Assembly: GCF_009834535.1 (NCBI RefSeq)
Contig: NC_045696.1
Span: 13,208,001 to 13,272,000 of the forward strand
DNA from: Camelus ferus
Lineage: Eukaryota
DNA: 64,000 nucleotides
Reading direction: 5' to 3'
The position numbers and the translations under genes are program-made. Of the stretch, positions 41,762 to 54,955 are shown piece by piece. Within the stretch, counting starts at the first letter, position 1. Every line of letters starts with the position of its first letter. The notes under the pieces are model-generated. The model was not told where the DNA came from, did not search any database, and was given only the letters and a program-made list of their open reading frames with translations.

Positions 41762-42228
41762 CTATGGACAGAAGGAACGTGGCATTACTGCTTAACACTT
41801 ATCATAATTCTAACACCATCAAAACCGTAATACCTCAAATTCATCACAGTATCCAATTATTCGGTTTCATCATGGTGTTATAAACCGTTGCATTGGTTCA
41901 GTGACTTGATAGCTGAACACTTCATTGTTTTATTAGCACCCATTTATTTCGTCAGTTCTAACATCTTAACATCAGTCAAATCTGCAATAGTGGCAATCGA
42001 GACGGGCAATATGGAAAAAATGACTGTAAAATGGTCTGCACATGGAGTAAACAAAGTCTGGGAAGTCATAATATTCTGTTTTCCAAGGTCAGTCCAAATC
42101 CCTGCCAAGGTACTGCCCAGGGGAAGTACCCCCACTTTTTTTTCTCTGTGAAAAGGATATAATCCAGTGATGTATTATCAAAATTTTAGAAGGTTTGTGA
42201 TTTAGGCTTTCCAGTGTCATTTGGGAAT

Positions 42229-42602
42229 TATATTAGTTTCCTGTAGCTATTGTAGCAAATTGTCACAAGCTTGGTGGCTTAAAACAACAGAAATTTATTC
42301 TCTCAAAATGCTGGAAACCAGAGCAGAAGTCCAAAATCAGTATCACTGGGTGAAACAAAGTGTCAGCAGGGCCGTGCTCCCTCCCTCCGGAGGCTGACTC
42401 CTTGCTTCTTCCCGCTGCTGGTAGCTGCCAGCAATCCTAGTCTTGTGGCTGCCTCACTCTGATCTCTGCATCTGTGGTCACCTTGCCTTCTCCTCTTCTG
42501 TGTAATCTCCTTCTGCATCTCTCTTATAAGGACACTTGTGATTGCATTTAGGACCCATGCAAATAATCCAGGATAATTTCCCAACTCAAAAATCCTTCAT
42601 TT
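42229..42602 (-). mobile_element. MaLR LTR (MLT1C/B-like), left part; interrupted by L1
   Basis: TATTAGTTTCCTGTAGCT..GGTGGCTTAAAACAACAGAAATTTATTCTCTC..TCTTATAAGGACACTTGTGATTGCATTTAGGACCCA. Continues at 46662-46795. Confidence 0.88.
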
Positions 42603-44796
42603 GGAGTGATGTCACCAAGATAATGACATAGGTTGTTCCTGACTTCCTTCCCCGTTACTAGAAGAACAGCAAACAACTATTCAAGAGCAAGACACCACTG
42701 AGTGAATCATAGAACACAAGGCCGAGGCTGGCGCGAGCTCCCTGCACCACAGAGACCAAGACAAACTGCATTAGAAGGTTAAGAGAAGTATCTACATGTT
42801 GACTGCACCGCCCTTTCCCCAGGCCAGCATAGTAACATGTGGGGAGGTCTCCCCTAAGCCTCTGGCTCCTCCAGTGGGAAAAGAGAAACTGGGGGAAAAC
42901 CAGCTCCCTCACCATCGTGCGTAGCTTTGCAGAAGCCCCTGCTCTGATCTCACTCCTCAGGGAAGGCAGGGGAATCTGTGGGGCTAAACCACTGGAAATT
43001 GGACTGTGATGGAGAAGTGGGGAGGGGCCTGCAGCAACCACCACAGATCTTGGCCGACCAAGTTTACACCTGCAGTGCCCAAGCAGTAATCCCAACCAGA
43101 GGCTTCACTTATCTGAAGAACCAAGTTGGGGGTGCACTCTGACCAGAGAAATAGGCAGTGTATAGATATACTAATTTGGATCCTCAAATGAGACATTCTG
43201 CTGGCCCTAGAGTCCAGTTTGCCCATATCAGGTCAAGGAGCTGAATCACAGCTCCATTTGATGTGAAGATTATTTTTTGACCCCATCTGACCAGAAAGGC
43301 TAGAGACAACTCCTAGAAGTTATGTGACCCAGTGACACTTGAACCAAAAGGTGGGTGGGCAAAGCCAATAGTTTGCAGAGCAAAGCCAGCAGCCCTGTTT
43401 GGTTAGGGAACTTGGAGTGCGGGTCAGCTTGAGTTAAGACAACAGTTACACTGGCTTCAGCACCTCTTCTCCCACTGTGCCTGGACAAGGAATCTAATTC
43501 ATAGCTCCACTCATCATTGGATACAGCTTTTGTCTTGTCTGACCATGGAATCTAACCAAAGCACACAGAGTAGCCCGTCCAATAGCACTGTGTACAGTGG
43601 TATCTGAACAGAAAGCATAGTTCATAGCTTTCCCAGTCTGCAGAGCAAAGCTGGTGGCCTCACCTGACCAGGAAATCATTACACACTCTAAACAGATTTG
43701 GATCCCCAGTGAGTTGCCCAAGCCCTGGGTCTCATTGTGCTGTCCGGTCAGGGCAAAGAAGCTATTTGTAGCCCCATCTACTCCTGAACATAGTTCCTAG
43801 TTGCAACCTTCTAGTAAGCCTGGCCAGAGAATCAGGCAACCAGAGAGACCATCCTGTGGCCTTACTTGAGTAGGAAACCAAGCCACTGTCCTATCCAACT
43901 GTCCCTAGACAGTGCCACGATTCTTATCCTTATCCTTTGAGCTTGAACAGTTGCTTCTTCCCAAAATAGACCATAATAGTAGGCTCCACCTGCCCAAGGA
44001 CATTGCCAGCAGACACACCCAGAAATTTAAACAAAGCTGGCTGGTAGAAAACTGTCTTTGCCAAAGCAAACCTGTAAAGTCTTGAAGAAGAGCCAAGTTA
44101 CCCAAATGTGCAGATACCAATGTAAGGAATCAAGGATCACAAAACATTAGGTCAATGTGACACCACTAAAGGAAGCTAATACAGCTCTAATAACTGATTC
44201 TAATGAATAGGAATCTATGAACTGTCAGGCAAAGAATTCAGAATAATCCTCTCAAGGAAGTTTAGTGAACTACAAGAAAACAAAGAAAAAAGAACTAAAC
44301 AAAATTAGGAAAATAATGCGTGAACAAAATGAGAAGTATGATAAGAAAATAACAACTATCAAACATTTTTTTTAAAAAAACAACAAAACACCAAAAAGAA
44401 ACTCCAGAGTTGAAAAGTAGAATGACTGAACTGAAGAATTCAACAGAGAGTTTCAACAGTAGACTTGACCATGCAGAAGAAAGAATCAATGACCTGGAAG
44501 ACAAGACATCCAAAATTACCCAGTCAGAGGAGCAAAAATAATTTTTAAAAAGGTGAAAAAAGCCTATGGGAGTTTTGGGACACAATAAAAAGAAACAATA
44601 TTCGCATTATGGGAATTCCAGAAGGAAAGGGGAAAAAGAAAGGGACAGAAAGTATATCTAGAGCAGTAGTAGCTGCAAACTTCCTGAACCTGGGGAGAAA
44701 AATGGACATCCAGATCCATTAGGCCCTAAGGACCCCAAATAGGTTGAACCCAAATAAGGCTCTTTATAATTAAACTGTCAAAAGTCAAAGAGAGCA
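42603..44796 (+). mobile_element. Old L1: 5' UTR and degenerate first part of ORF1
   Basis: L1-like 5' start GGAGTGATGTCACCAAGAT, and ORF1 remnants (AAAGAATTCAGAATAATCCTC, AGACTTGACCATGCAGAAGAAAGAATCAATGACCTGGAAGAC, ATTATGGGAATTCCAGAAGG, AAACTTCCTGAACCTGGGG). Confidence 0.88.
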
Positions 44797-44884
44797 TTTT
44801 TTTTTAGAGAAAGGATGTTTTATTTTATACATGTTTAACTATGTAGTATATATCTATATAGGATAGTTTTATATATACATATAT

Positions 44885-44936
<52 letters not shown>

Positions 44937-45396
44937 GTAACACACACACATTCAAGACAATACTTTCAGTGGTTCAGATAACATAAAGCACAAAGATTTA
45001 AAATAACATTTAATAATTATGAAAGTTTTCGTAATTGAGAGCCACCAGCTGAACAGTGTATTGTGTCATTGGTTTCTATTTCTATGGACCAAGCCATAGC
45101 AGATGGCTTATGGAAACAGTTTCTAAGAAAACACTTTCAATTTTACCAATTCAATCTTTTCAGACATTATCTCAACTGATATAAGAAAATTAATAATGAT
45201 GTATAAAAATCACTATCAATGTTATTCTAATTTGTTCAATAAGGTTGTAAATTGAAAACTATAACAATATTCATTTTCTTCCCTCTGGAAATAAGATGCT
45301 CTTCAGAATAATTTATTACCTGTTGATGACTTTTATCTGTCTTACATGTAAGTTATACTTAAGAATTGAATAACTATATTGAATTTGTATTTTCCA

Positions 45397-45845
45397 TTTT
45401 TTTATTGAAGTACAGTTAATTTACAATATTATATTAGCTTCAGGTGTAAAACATAGTGATTCAATATTTTTATAGCTTCTACCCCATTTAAAGTAATTAC
45501 AAAACAATGGCTATATTTTCCTGTTCTGTACAATATATCCTTGTTGCTTATCTATTTAATACATAGCAGTTCATATCTTTTAATCCCATACCCCTATTAT
45601 ACCTCTCCTCCCTTCCCTCTCCCTACTGGTAACTATTAGTTTGTTCTCTATGAATCTGCTTCTGTTTTGTTATATAATTCATTTGTTTTCATTTTTTTAG
45701 ATTCCATGTATAAGTGGTAGCATAGAGTACTTGTCTTCCTCTATCTGATTTATTTCACTATGCATAATGCCCTCCAGGTCCATCCATGTTGTTACAAATG
45801 GCAGCATTTCATTCTTTCCCGTGGCTAAGTAATATTCCATTGTGT

Positions 45846-45886
<41 letters not shown>

Positions 45887-46052
45887 TGAGTGTATGTGTG
45901 AGTGTGTGTGTATGTATATATATATACTGAGCCTTCTGTATCCATTCATCTGTTGATGGACACTTAGGTTGCTTTCATATCTTGGCTATTGTAAGTAATG
46001 CTTTTATGACATTGGAATGTACATATCTTTTCAAATTAATGTTTTTGTTTTC
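45397..46052 (-). mobile_element. 5'-truncated L1 3' UTR inserted antisense into the older L1 ORF1; contains an expanded (GT)n
   Basis: Minus-strand ORF2-end remnant (MEYYLATGKNEMLPFVTTWMDLEGIMHSEINQ) followed by an L1 3' UTR ending CAATAAAAAAA. Confidence 0.92.
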
Positions 46053-46365
46053 AAAGGATTTTAAAAACCACAAGAGAAAGAGAGTAGTTACATACAAGGG
46101 GAATTCCATAAAACTATTGGTAGATTTCTCAACAGAAACTTTTCAGGCCAAGAGAGAATGAGATGACATATTCAAAATATTAAAAGAAAATAACTGTCAG
46201 CCAAGAATTCTACACCTGGTGAACCTGTTCTTCAGAAATAAAGGAGGAATAGGACTTTCCTCAGCAAATAAAGTCTAAGGAAGTTCATTACCACTAGACC
46301 TGCCTTATAAGAAATGCTAAAGGGACTTCTTTGAGTGGTAGAAAAAGAATGTTAGTATCATAAAA
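46053..46365 (+). mobile_element. Old L1 ORF1 C-terminal part (continuation of 42603-44796)
   Basis: ACATACAAGGGGAATTCCATAAAACTA..GATTTCTCAACAGAAACT..CAGGCCAAGAGAGAATG..CCAAGAATTCTACACC..ACTAGACCTGCCTTA ORF1 motifs. Confidence 0.88.
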
Positions 46366-46373
46366 ACATAAAA

Positions 46374-46500
46374 TAGTGGATGTTAGCTGAATCTACTGTG
46401 ATAATCAGTTCACAATATATATAAATTGAACCATCATGCTGTTCACCTTAAACTTATACAGTGATGTATGCCAATTATTTCTCAAAAAAACTGGGAAAAA
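46374..46500 (+). mobile_element. Short L1 3' terminus
   Basis: CACCTTAAACTTATACAGTGATGTATGCCAATTATTTCTCAAAAAAACTGGGAAAAA. Confidence 0.8.
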
Positions 46501-46514
46501 AGACACATGAAAGA

Positions 46515-46660
46515 ATCCCTCTCAGCCATGAGAGGACACAGCAAGAGGGCAGCCATTTGCAAACCAGAAAGAGCTTGCACGGAGAATCCAACCCTGCTGG
46601 CACCCTGATCTTAGACTTCCAGCCTCCCGGACTGTAAGAAATAAATGCTTTTTATTTAAA
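46515..46660 (+). mobile_element. MaLR LTR 3' fragment (MLT1A/MST-like) ending just after its AATAAA
   Basis: GAGGACACAGCAAGA..CTGCTGGCACCCTGATCTTAGACTTCCAGCCTCC.GGACTGTAAGAAATAAATG; similar to 17687-17800. Confidence 0.85.
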
Positions 46661-46661
46661 G

Positions 46662-46795
46662 AAAAATCTTTCCTTTAATCATGTAGGCAAAAAAAAAAAA
46701 AAAGTCATTTTTGGCTATATAAGGTAACACTTGCAGATTCCAGAGAGATTGGGACATGGATATCTTTTAGGGGAGCCACTATTCAGCCTTCTACA
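46662..46795 (-). mobile_element. MaLR LTR (MLT1C/B-like), right part
   Basis: TATAAGGTAACA..GATTGGGACATGGATATCTTTTAGGGGAGCCACTATTCAGCCTTCTACA completes the 42229-42602 LTR. Confidence 0.85.
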
Positions 46796-47603
46796 AGTAT
46801 CAACATCATTTTAAGAACTAAAAACCACAGCAGTCTGCCCTTCACAGAACTCACATGGGAGATCTTTGGTAGTTTCATTAAATTAAAAAAACAATTGTGA
46901 TCCCAGAGAGTCTTGAGCTGCAATCACAAAGTGATTTTTTGGGCAAATTTGCCTAATTTGAGTTGCCTTACAGATGAGGAGAAAGGAGAGCTCAGTCATT
47001 TGTATACACTTAGCTGTTTTTCCTCTCCTCACTGCACCAAATTCATCAGATACGTGTAAGATGTGAAAAAGGTTCTGAGAGTTACACTCTGTCCACACTG
47101 TTCATGCCATATGTGAGTGTTGAATATATTTACCCATTTGGCCAAGAGGCAGAGCATTGCAGTGGAAAGAGTATGAGCTTATCACAGAGCCGGTTTTAAA
47201 TCTCTGAGGTATGACTTCAGGCAAGTTACTTAACCTGAAACTGGGTTATCTCAGATTTCAGTGTTTATTAATGCAGGGTTTTTGAGAGATTTAAATCAAA
47301 CTTAACACAATTCTTAAAACATTGAAAACATTTACACTTTTGGCAGTGATTGTTTTTACAACTCCCTTTTATTTTCCTTCCCCACATTCATAACTGTAGT
47401 ATTTGGCTTTTATTACCTCATGTGTCAGGTCTCATATATGTAGTCTTTTCTGATCTCTTCTGTATTTCATTTTATGAATCAACATTAGATTCATTGTCCC
47501 AAAGTACAATTCCATAACCATGCAATTTCCTTCAGCATATAAAGTACATAATGGATTTATGTCACCTATAAAGGAGCTTAAACCTTGGTTTTACATTTGA
47601 AGT

Positions 47604-47876
47604 TGTGATGGTTGATTTTTTTGTGTGTCAACTTGACTGAGCCATGGGATGCTCAGTTACCTGATGAAACATAATCTCTGGGTGTGACTATGAAGGTGTT
47701 TCTATTTGAATCAATGGATGAATAAACCAAATTGCCCTCCCCAATGTAAGCAGGCATTATCTAATCCACTGAGAGCCTGACTAGGACAAACAACAAAGAG
47801 ACAGAGGAAGAGAAAGTTTGCTTTCCCTGCCTGACCGAGCTGACTGGGACTTCCATCGTTGGTGCTCCTGGTTCTC
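47604..47876 (+). mobile_element. ERVL LTR (MLT2-like), 5' part
   Basis: TGTGATGGTTGATTTT..GTGTCAACTTGACTGAGCCATGGGATGC..ATTGCCCTCCCCAATGT. Confidence 0.85.
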
Positions 47877-50651
47877 ATCTTCTCAGTGCCAGAAAGTATC
47901 TGGGAATACAGAACCTAGCAGTTTACAGTTTAGTAGGAACAAGCACACATTAATATATTTCAATGAAGCAACTAAGTGTGAGGATAAAAATGTGCACACA
48001 GTAACTGAAGGAAGAAGTATGGATTCTACTTACTCCAACGGCAAAAAGACAAAGCCCCAATGGAACATTCTTGGAAGAAAGAATGCCTAAGCTCTCAAAA
48101 GCTTAGAAACTAGTTGGTCAAGCAAAGATTCACAGCCTGAGTAAAATCATGAAATACAGAATAAATTATATTAGTCATGGTTCCATAGAGAGGTCAGGAA
48201 TGATGAGAAATGAGCCTGGGAAGGCAAGTAGATGTCTGTTCGTAAAAGGTGTTGTGAATCATATTAATATGCTCGGACTTTGCTCTATAGACATTTGGGG
48301 ATCACTGGAAGGTTTCAAGACTAGGATTTTCATGGGCAGATGTACATTAGAGGGAGATCATTTTGACAGAACTGGGGAGGATGACTCAGAGAAAGTCAAG
48401 ATTGTAAACAGGAGGTTGACCAGCAGGTAGTTCTCAGAGAACAAAATTTATGGAAACATTCATGTGTCTACATAAGAACATAGGGATGGCATAGCTCCTT
48501 CATCTCCCTGTCCCAATAACTTGTACAACATTAAGTATTAATAGGAAGAGTTTGATAGCAGGATAGACAGGTTTTCTTGAAGAAAGCATTGCTATTAAAA
48601 TTCTTACATAGAGAGTATTTTATGGAATCAACTTGTTGGGAACAAACACAACTAGCACAAAACATTTTTCTAGGTACCATTCAGATGGAATGGCTATCAT
48701 GACAGAAGTACATGTTATCACTTGATAATGCTGGAAGTTAAATCAAATTAATGTCAGAAAATGATATGTGGACAGGGAAAGCCTACAACTCTCAACCGAG
48801 CTGTTTATATGGCCAAACAAGATGTGAGTTAAAGTGCTGTGATGCATAAAGAGAAATGCATTTTCAGAACCTAAAACTTTGCCTTCAGAGTTTATGGCCA
48901 AGGAAGACAGACTATAATCCCAAACATTAATACTAGCTTTAAAAAGAGGATGGCATATTTTTTATGGTCAATAGTAGCATCTGTTGTTACACTTTCTGAG
49001 ATATAAGTAATCACATTCTCTGCACTGAGACAAAAAAAAAAAAAATCAATATCGAAGGCAAGTAGGGAGCATCCTCTTGTGTGTATTTAAGTACATCTCC
49101 CAAAATTGCAACTTCCTTTTCCTCCTCATCACATCCCAGTTCTACTTTTTGAACTCGGGTCACTCCTTTCTTTATTTTGCAAGTCAAAAGCTGGCTTCAT
49201 CCACTGATGTGTTAACTGAGAGTTAGTAAATAAGCTACTGCATTAAGGTGATAACAACCACCTGAGAGTGGAGAACAATTTATCTATGACTTTGGTTCAG
49301 TGGAAATCTCTACTGAGTTAAAGGTTTGGACTAAGTCAATTTTCAAACCTCTTCTTCATGCTTTTAAAAATGTATGGTTCTAACCTTTCTTCTGACATGT
49401 TTGGAAGGAGGTAGTTATCTCCAGTAAGCTCTATAGGATTTTCAGAAAGCTTTTTCCTAAAGGCAACTTTTCCTTTATGGAGGTCATGCTGTGAGTCAAT
49501 TCAACACATTGTCCAGAGTTTATGGAGCTCTCTAAAAATGAACAGAAATTGGTAGCATTTATCTTTTAATGTAGCACATGGATCATAGTAGGATCTTAAA
49601 ACCCAGTTCAGAAATCCAGTTTTATTTCCAATTAGTTAATCTATTGTGCCCCTTTGTTTAGATTCTGTTGCACTAGTTTTATTCTTGAATTCAGTGTTCC
49701 AGTCACTGGAGCAGAGTAATTCCCACCTCTCGTTTCTCTTCCCTGCTTATCCAAGTGGCAAGAGTCCCCTTTTCATGCTCTAACAGTGCTTCCTTCCCTG
49801 CCTCAGATGTCTACAAAGACTCCCTGCCTGGTTCTTTACTGAACTATCTTTTGACCTTCAAAGCCAAGTTCTCCTAACTGCTGCAATTACCTGTGTCTTT
49901 CTGCTTCCCATCCCTAGATGAATATTTCTGTATATGTTTTTTCCCAAACTAATTGTTGACAAGCATTTATTAAATCACCAATGCATTATTGATCAGGGTG
50001 AATAGACAGTGACTAATTCCTGGATATGATAAATAAAATCCATAAGGAATCCATTTTCTGGGATAATGCTGAAGCATATACAATTTAGATAATGATATAT
50101 AATTATATTAGTCATAATTACCATTTACTTGCCTTATGTAGAAGCATTTGCACAAGGGACAATTATAGTATACTTAACTGAAAACAATACTTAAACTATT
50201 GTCCCTATTTTAGGAAATAGCTTTAATTTCTACCCTGCGTTAGACCTCTTGACAGCAACTGCTTAATAGCAAGTGTATCAAATGGTGTGATTTTCTTTTC
50301 ATCTTATCAGACACATTATTTGATGGCCAACAGACAAAAATCAAGAGATAAAAAAGAAAAAAAAGTTTTCATTAATGTCTTATTTGTATGCTCTTTCTCA
50401 AGATGATATTTATTTTCTGAATAAATTATATATATTTTAGTATCAAGAAAGTAAGTGGCTAGCATTTAACTCTAGGCTGTTGTAATAGTCAGTTTTTATC
50501 TTCATTTAGTTAAAATGATTTATTTTAATCATTTTCCCTGAAAGGGACTTAAATATGTAAAAGAAGATAAAGGCCCCATTCCTAGAGTTTTCCCTGACAC
50601 AGCCATTCTCGTTTGGCACAGGGAGGAAATTGTTTTCTATTGAGAGACAGA

Positions 50652-50682
<31 letters not shown>

Positions 50683-53548
50683 GAGAGCTAGAGAGAATGT
50701 GCTTTTCTCTGTTTCTGTTGTATTTTTCTTTCTGTTTATTTTCTTCCAATTCTGTGTTTTGATTCAGAGTTTTTCTCAAGTCTGTCAGGCTGAAAATATC
50801 TTGCCTAATTCATGCTTTGAGCAATTTTCTTTTCCCCAAAACTGGCTGCAGGGACCAGTAGCTCCTTGTCTGGTCCCAGATCCCTGGGCCATCTCCCCAG
50901 CATCATCTCCACTGCTTAGTCAAGGGTGCCCTCTGGGCTCCAGAAGCCTCTGGTTTGGGCCATGACCAGGTCTAGGGACTAGTGGGTACTTGGAGAACAC
51001 AGTCAGGAGAGCACCCTGTGTGTATGTGAATCTGATTTACACAAGTTGTTCTCCATTGTGGGCAATGATAATTGAGAATCTGAAGTTTTATTCTGATTAT
51101 GTGGTGATCTGCCAGGTAGATGAAGGTAATCTTATTCTCCATCTGTACGGTGAGAAGAACTGATGATCTGGTTTGTAGCCTTTTTCTCTTGTTTGAGCGA
51201 GACTGCATCTCAGAACCACCCTTTCAATTCTGTCCCCATGAATTTTTGTTCCATGTTTACTTTCAACCCATGGCAAAGGTTATAGAGCTGAAGCCTCTGC
51301 CCTCAATGACTCTGTCCTGTCCTGTGTCCTGTGTCTGGAGATGAGAAAAGTCTTTTCCCCTCATTGTGTGAGTGTGAAATTTATTTCTTCTTCCAGAAAA
51401 TATAAGTAACTTAGATTATAAAACCTTATAAATTAAAGGATTGCTTTTTTTGTTTACATATTTGCTTGCTTATATTAGTGTTCCCAGGGTTCCCATAACA
51501 CAAACAGAAGTTTTAATGTATTTGATGTGTCGTCCTTAAAAAAAATCAGAAATTGTTTGTTCAGGAACATTTTTATGTAAAAACCCAAGTTTCTATAACC
51601 AAAGTGCATCTTGGGCCATAGTTAATTGATTTTAAAAATGAAATTTAAAAAAAAAGGACTAAAATGCCATTTCATGGCTTTCCCCTAATTTTTTTTCACT
51701 AAGATTTATAGTTCAAGTGAAATTTTTTTACAGATTTGTTCTTTGTTTTCTGATGAAGAGACTAGTTAACCTGAACTTCCTAAACTTCATACATGGGCTT
51801 ACTGATTAGAAAAGATAGCAATGCTACATAATGCTTAAAATTAAGAAGATGTAAAGTTATGTATGTCATTTTATTAAATTGGATTCTGACAAAATTTTAT
51901 ATCAACAGCAATCATGCTTTGTGATGTATCACTTTAAACATAGTTCCCAAGCTCCTTACTAAATTTAAGAGCATGAGCTAGTGTTAAACCAAGTTATTTT
52001 ATGAATAATTTTTGGCTATGTGGATAGTTTCTAGTAAGAGATAATGCTGACATATTGATCACCATATATATGTATGTACATATATACTTGCATTTCTTTA
52101 TATATATTATTATTTGTATATGTTATAGGGAAGCTAATGAACATGTTCATTTTTGCCACTTTGAGAAATGTATTCAAAGAATGTTTGGTCCTAGGGGGTT
52201 GTATTATGGATGCTCAAGCACATAACTTTTGCATATAAACTTCTGTTTACAAAGTAAAGAGAAAATATGTACCAAATTACAGAAAAAGTTATAGTGAACA
52301 GAAAAGCATCAGTATGTGTAGCACAGAAGGTTTGAGGGAACTGAATTTTGTTTGCATTGAAGTGTAGTATCTGCACATAATGAGTCTGGATAAAAGCAAA
52401 GAAATGTGTCAAAAAATTGGCAAAGTTTGCTCAGTTTTGCTGGGTTTATTAGTAAGGCACAAATTTTAATTTTGTGAATACGTTTATGCCAAAAGCTATA
52501 CGAATGTTAGACGAGTTTTGTTCTACTTATTTTAAAATGACAACTGGTCTTGGAGTACTTAATCTGATCTTAACAAGAAGACATGACATTTATAATTTAC
52601 CTTCCATGTAATCTGCTCAGATAGACTTTTGTTATCACCAAGTGTTTTCTGCTTTATCCTCATGTTTGAAGACTTTGCTATAAACGATGGACTGGAAACT
52701 GGGCCTTTTTCAAAGAATGGAATCTTACAGCCTCATGGAAAACTGGTGCCAAATACTCTTACTGTTGGCACTTTAAGAAATAGATTTACTGGTACAGACT
52801 TTGGAGCTTAAGGTGATGTCACTCAGACAACTGAGACAGTAGCAGAGCACTGAATCGGAACTTCCAGGGCTCTTTTTAGGTGGACATTATGAAGACATTA
52901 TGAACCCAGGATGCTGACCCAACATCTGAATGTACAAGACTTAAGTAAGATTGAATGAATAGTGGAGGGAAACCTAATTGAGGTTATTTGGTTTTGAGTA
53001 TTGTCGATATGTTTTTAAATGTTCTGTTAAGGAAGTGGAGATATCCCTTATCTTTAACCCTCAGTGTAGTAACCTATAAATGACACAGTCTTTATATGGT
53101 AACTTACTCTCTCTCCTCCTCAGAATTCAGTAACAACTTACTAGCTTTTATGGCAATGTGATTATTTGCATAAATTCAACAAACATCTGTCTTCTATCTT
53201 TACCAGGACACAGTTGGAACCATTGGTTGTATAAATAAGGTCATGCCAAGATTGCCATATCTGAGAACAAATCTCGTTTGATCAGATATCGCAAACCCAT
53301 CACTAAGGAACAAGTGTTCTTTATATATAGAACCAAGATCCAGAAGGCCCTCTCAGGAAACTGGTCTGTTATTTGCTCTAAGGTTTACAGAATCTTAGAC
53401 TTACAGGTGATAAGGAAAGTCATTTCCTGGCAGGATAGGAAATCTACCAGGTGTAGGATCCCTTAAAGAGAGTGAAATTCACCAAAATGTGTAGGTACTC
53501 TAGGGATACTGAGAAGATGAGTTTCTTGGATTTAGTTTATTACCCTTG

Positions 53549-54040
53549 TGTGGTAGGGGGAATAATGACTCTAATCCCAAGGGTCCATGTCCTAATCCTC
53601 AGAACCTAGAATGTAGCAAAAGGGATTTTACTGATGTGATCAAGTTAAGGATCTGAAAATGAGATCATATTGAATTATCTGGGTGGCCCCAATATAATCA
53701 CAAGGGTCTTTATACAGGAGACTCAGGAGAAGTCAGACAGACAGAAGCAGAGGGACAGAGAGAAGGAGACTGAACGATGCTACATCACCAGCTTTGAAGG
53801 TGGAGGAAAGAATCCACAAACCAAGGATTACAGGTGGCCTCCAGGGGCTGGAAAAGGCAAGGGAACTGATTTTCACCTAGAGCCTCCAGAAGGAACCAGC
53901 CCTGCCTGTATCTTGGCTTTAGCCCAGTGAGACCTGTGTCAGACTTCTGAGCTCAGAATTATAAGAGAATAAATTTGTATTAGTTTTAAACCACCAAGTT
54001 TATGGTGATTTGTTTAAGCAGCAATGGAAAACTAATATAC
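53549..54040 (+). mobile_element. MaLR solo LTR (MLT1D-like)
   Basis: TGTGGTAG start, ATTATCTGGGTGGCCCCAATATAATCACAAGGGTC, CTAGAGCCTCCAGAAGGAACCAGCCCTGC, GCAGCAATGGAAAACTAATA end. Confidence 0.9.
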
Positions 54041-54789
54041 CAGTAAGAGCCACAAAAACATTTGTGGAACAAGAGAAGTTTATGAAAATGCAATCAGAGA
54101 TCCTTTTTGAAATTTCCATGTAGAAGTTAATTTTCTGACCTTAGTAGCTTCTTAAAACAGATGCTCTGAATCTGCTGGCTTTACTCAAAGAGGTTAATCA
54201 AAGCTCTTACTGCACCCATGTAAATTAATTAGGTCCAAATACAGTAACACCAGACTTTTTTTGTAACATGAATAATCTTCAGAGATCATTTATGATACAA
54301 GTGGGGACGGTTGAGAAAATTATCTAAAACTTGGAAATGAAATAAAAGGATGACTGCATTGCTCTTAAGGTCATATGGGATCATTGTCTAACCCCAATGA
54401 TCCAAGGATGATTTCATTCTCTAGGGGACTATACTTTCGTTTGTTTTCCTATTTTCTATCATTTAGGGTCAAGACTATGCAATTATACGTTAACTTGTAG
54501 ACTTTTTTGACCAATAGAGATACAAATAATTTATGTCTGGTACAAAAGATAACCTCAAAGGTTGTGGTTTTATTGTTCTGTAGGACAATAATCAGTTTTA
54601 AATCTAACTCAGCATTCTTATTTCAGTTAGCCTCTCTTGGGTGGACTATATAGTCACTGTTCCTTTCGTTCTTCTTTGAACCAGCTTGACTGTCCTGTTG
54701 GTTCCGTCATTAGGGAGTTAAGTGTATTTTTGGCACATACTAATTTACTTTTACATGAGAGTCATGCTGATAACTTTACAACGTTATAT

Positions 54790-54955
54790 ATTGACAAATG
54801 CTAAGTGGCCTACATGTATTATCTCATTTGATTCTTCCAGCTAAGATAAGTAGGATTGTCCCCATTTTAATGAAGAGGAAAGAGATCCTACAGTCAGTAA
54901 GCAGCACTGAAGGGATTCGGAACCAGGTCTGCTTCAGGGTCTTCCTCCTGCACCA
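54790..54955 (-). mobile_element. MIR SINE
   Basis: TATTATCTCATTTGATTC..CCCCATTTTA.TGAAGAGGAAA..GGATTCGGAACCAGGTCTG. Confidence 0.7.

Noticed and set aside
42658..44585. ORFs of up to 145 aa on the minus strand
   Set aside because: These are antisense frames within the degenerate L1 5' UTR and ORF1.
52900..54600. Possible ERV internal remnant flanking the MLT1D LTR
   Set aside because: The resemblance is too vague to assign a family or boundaries without a repeat search.
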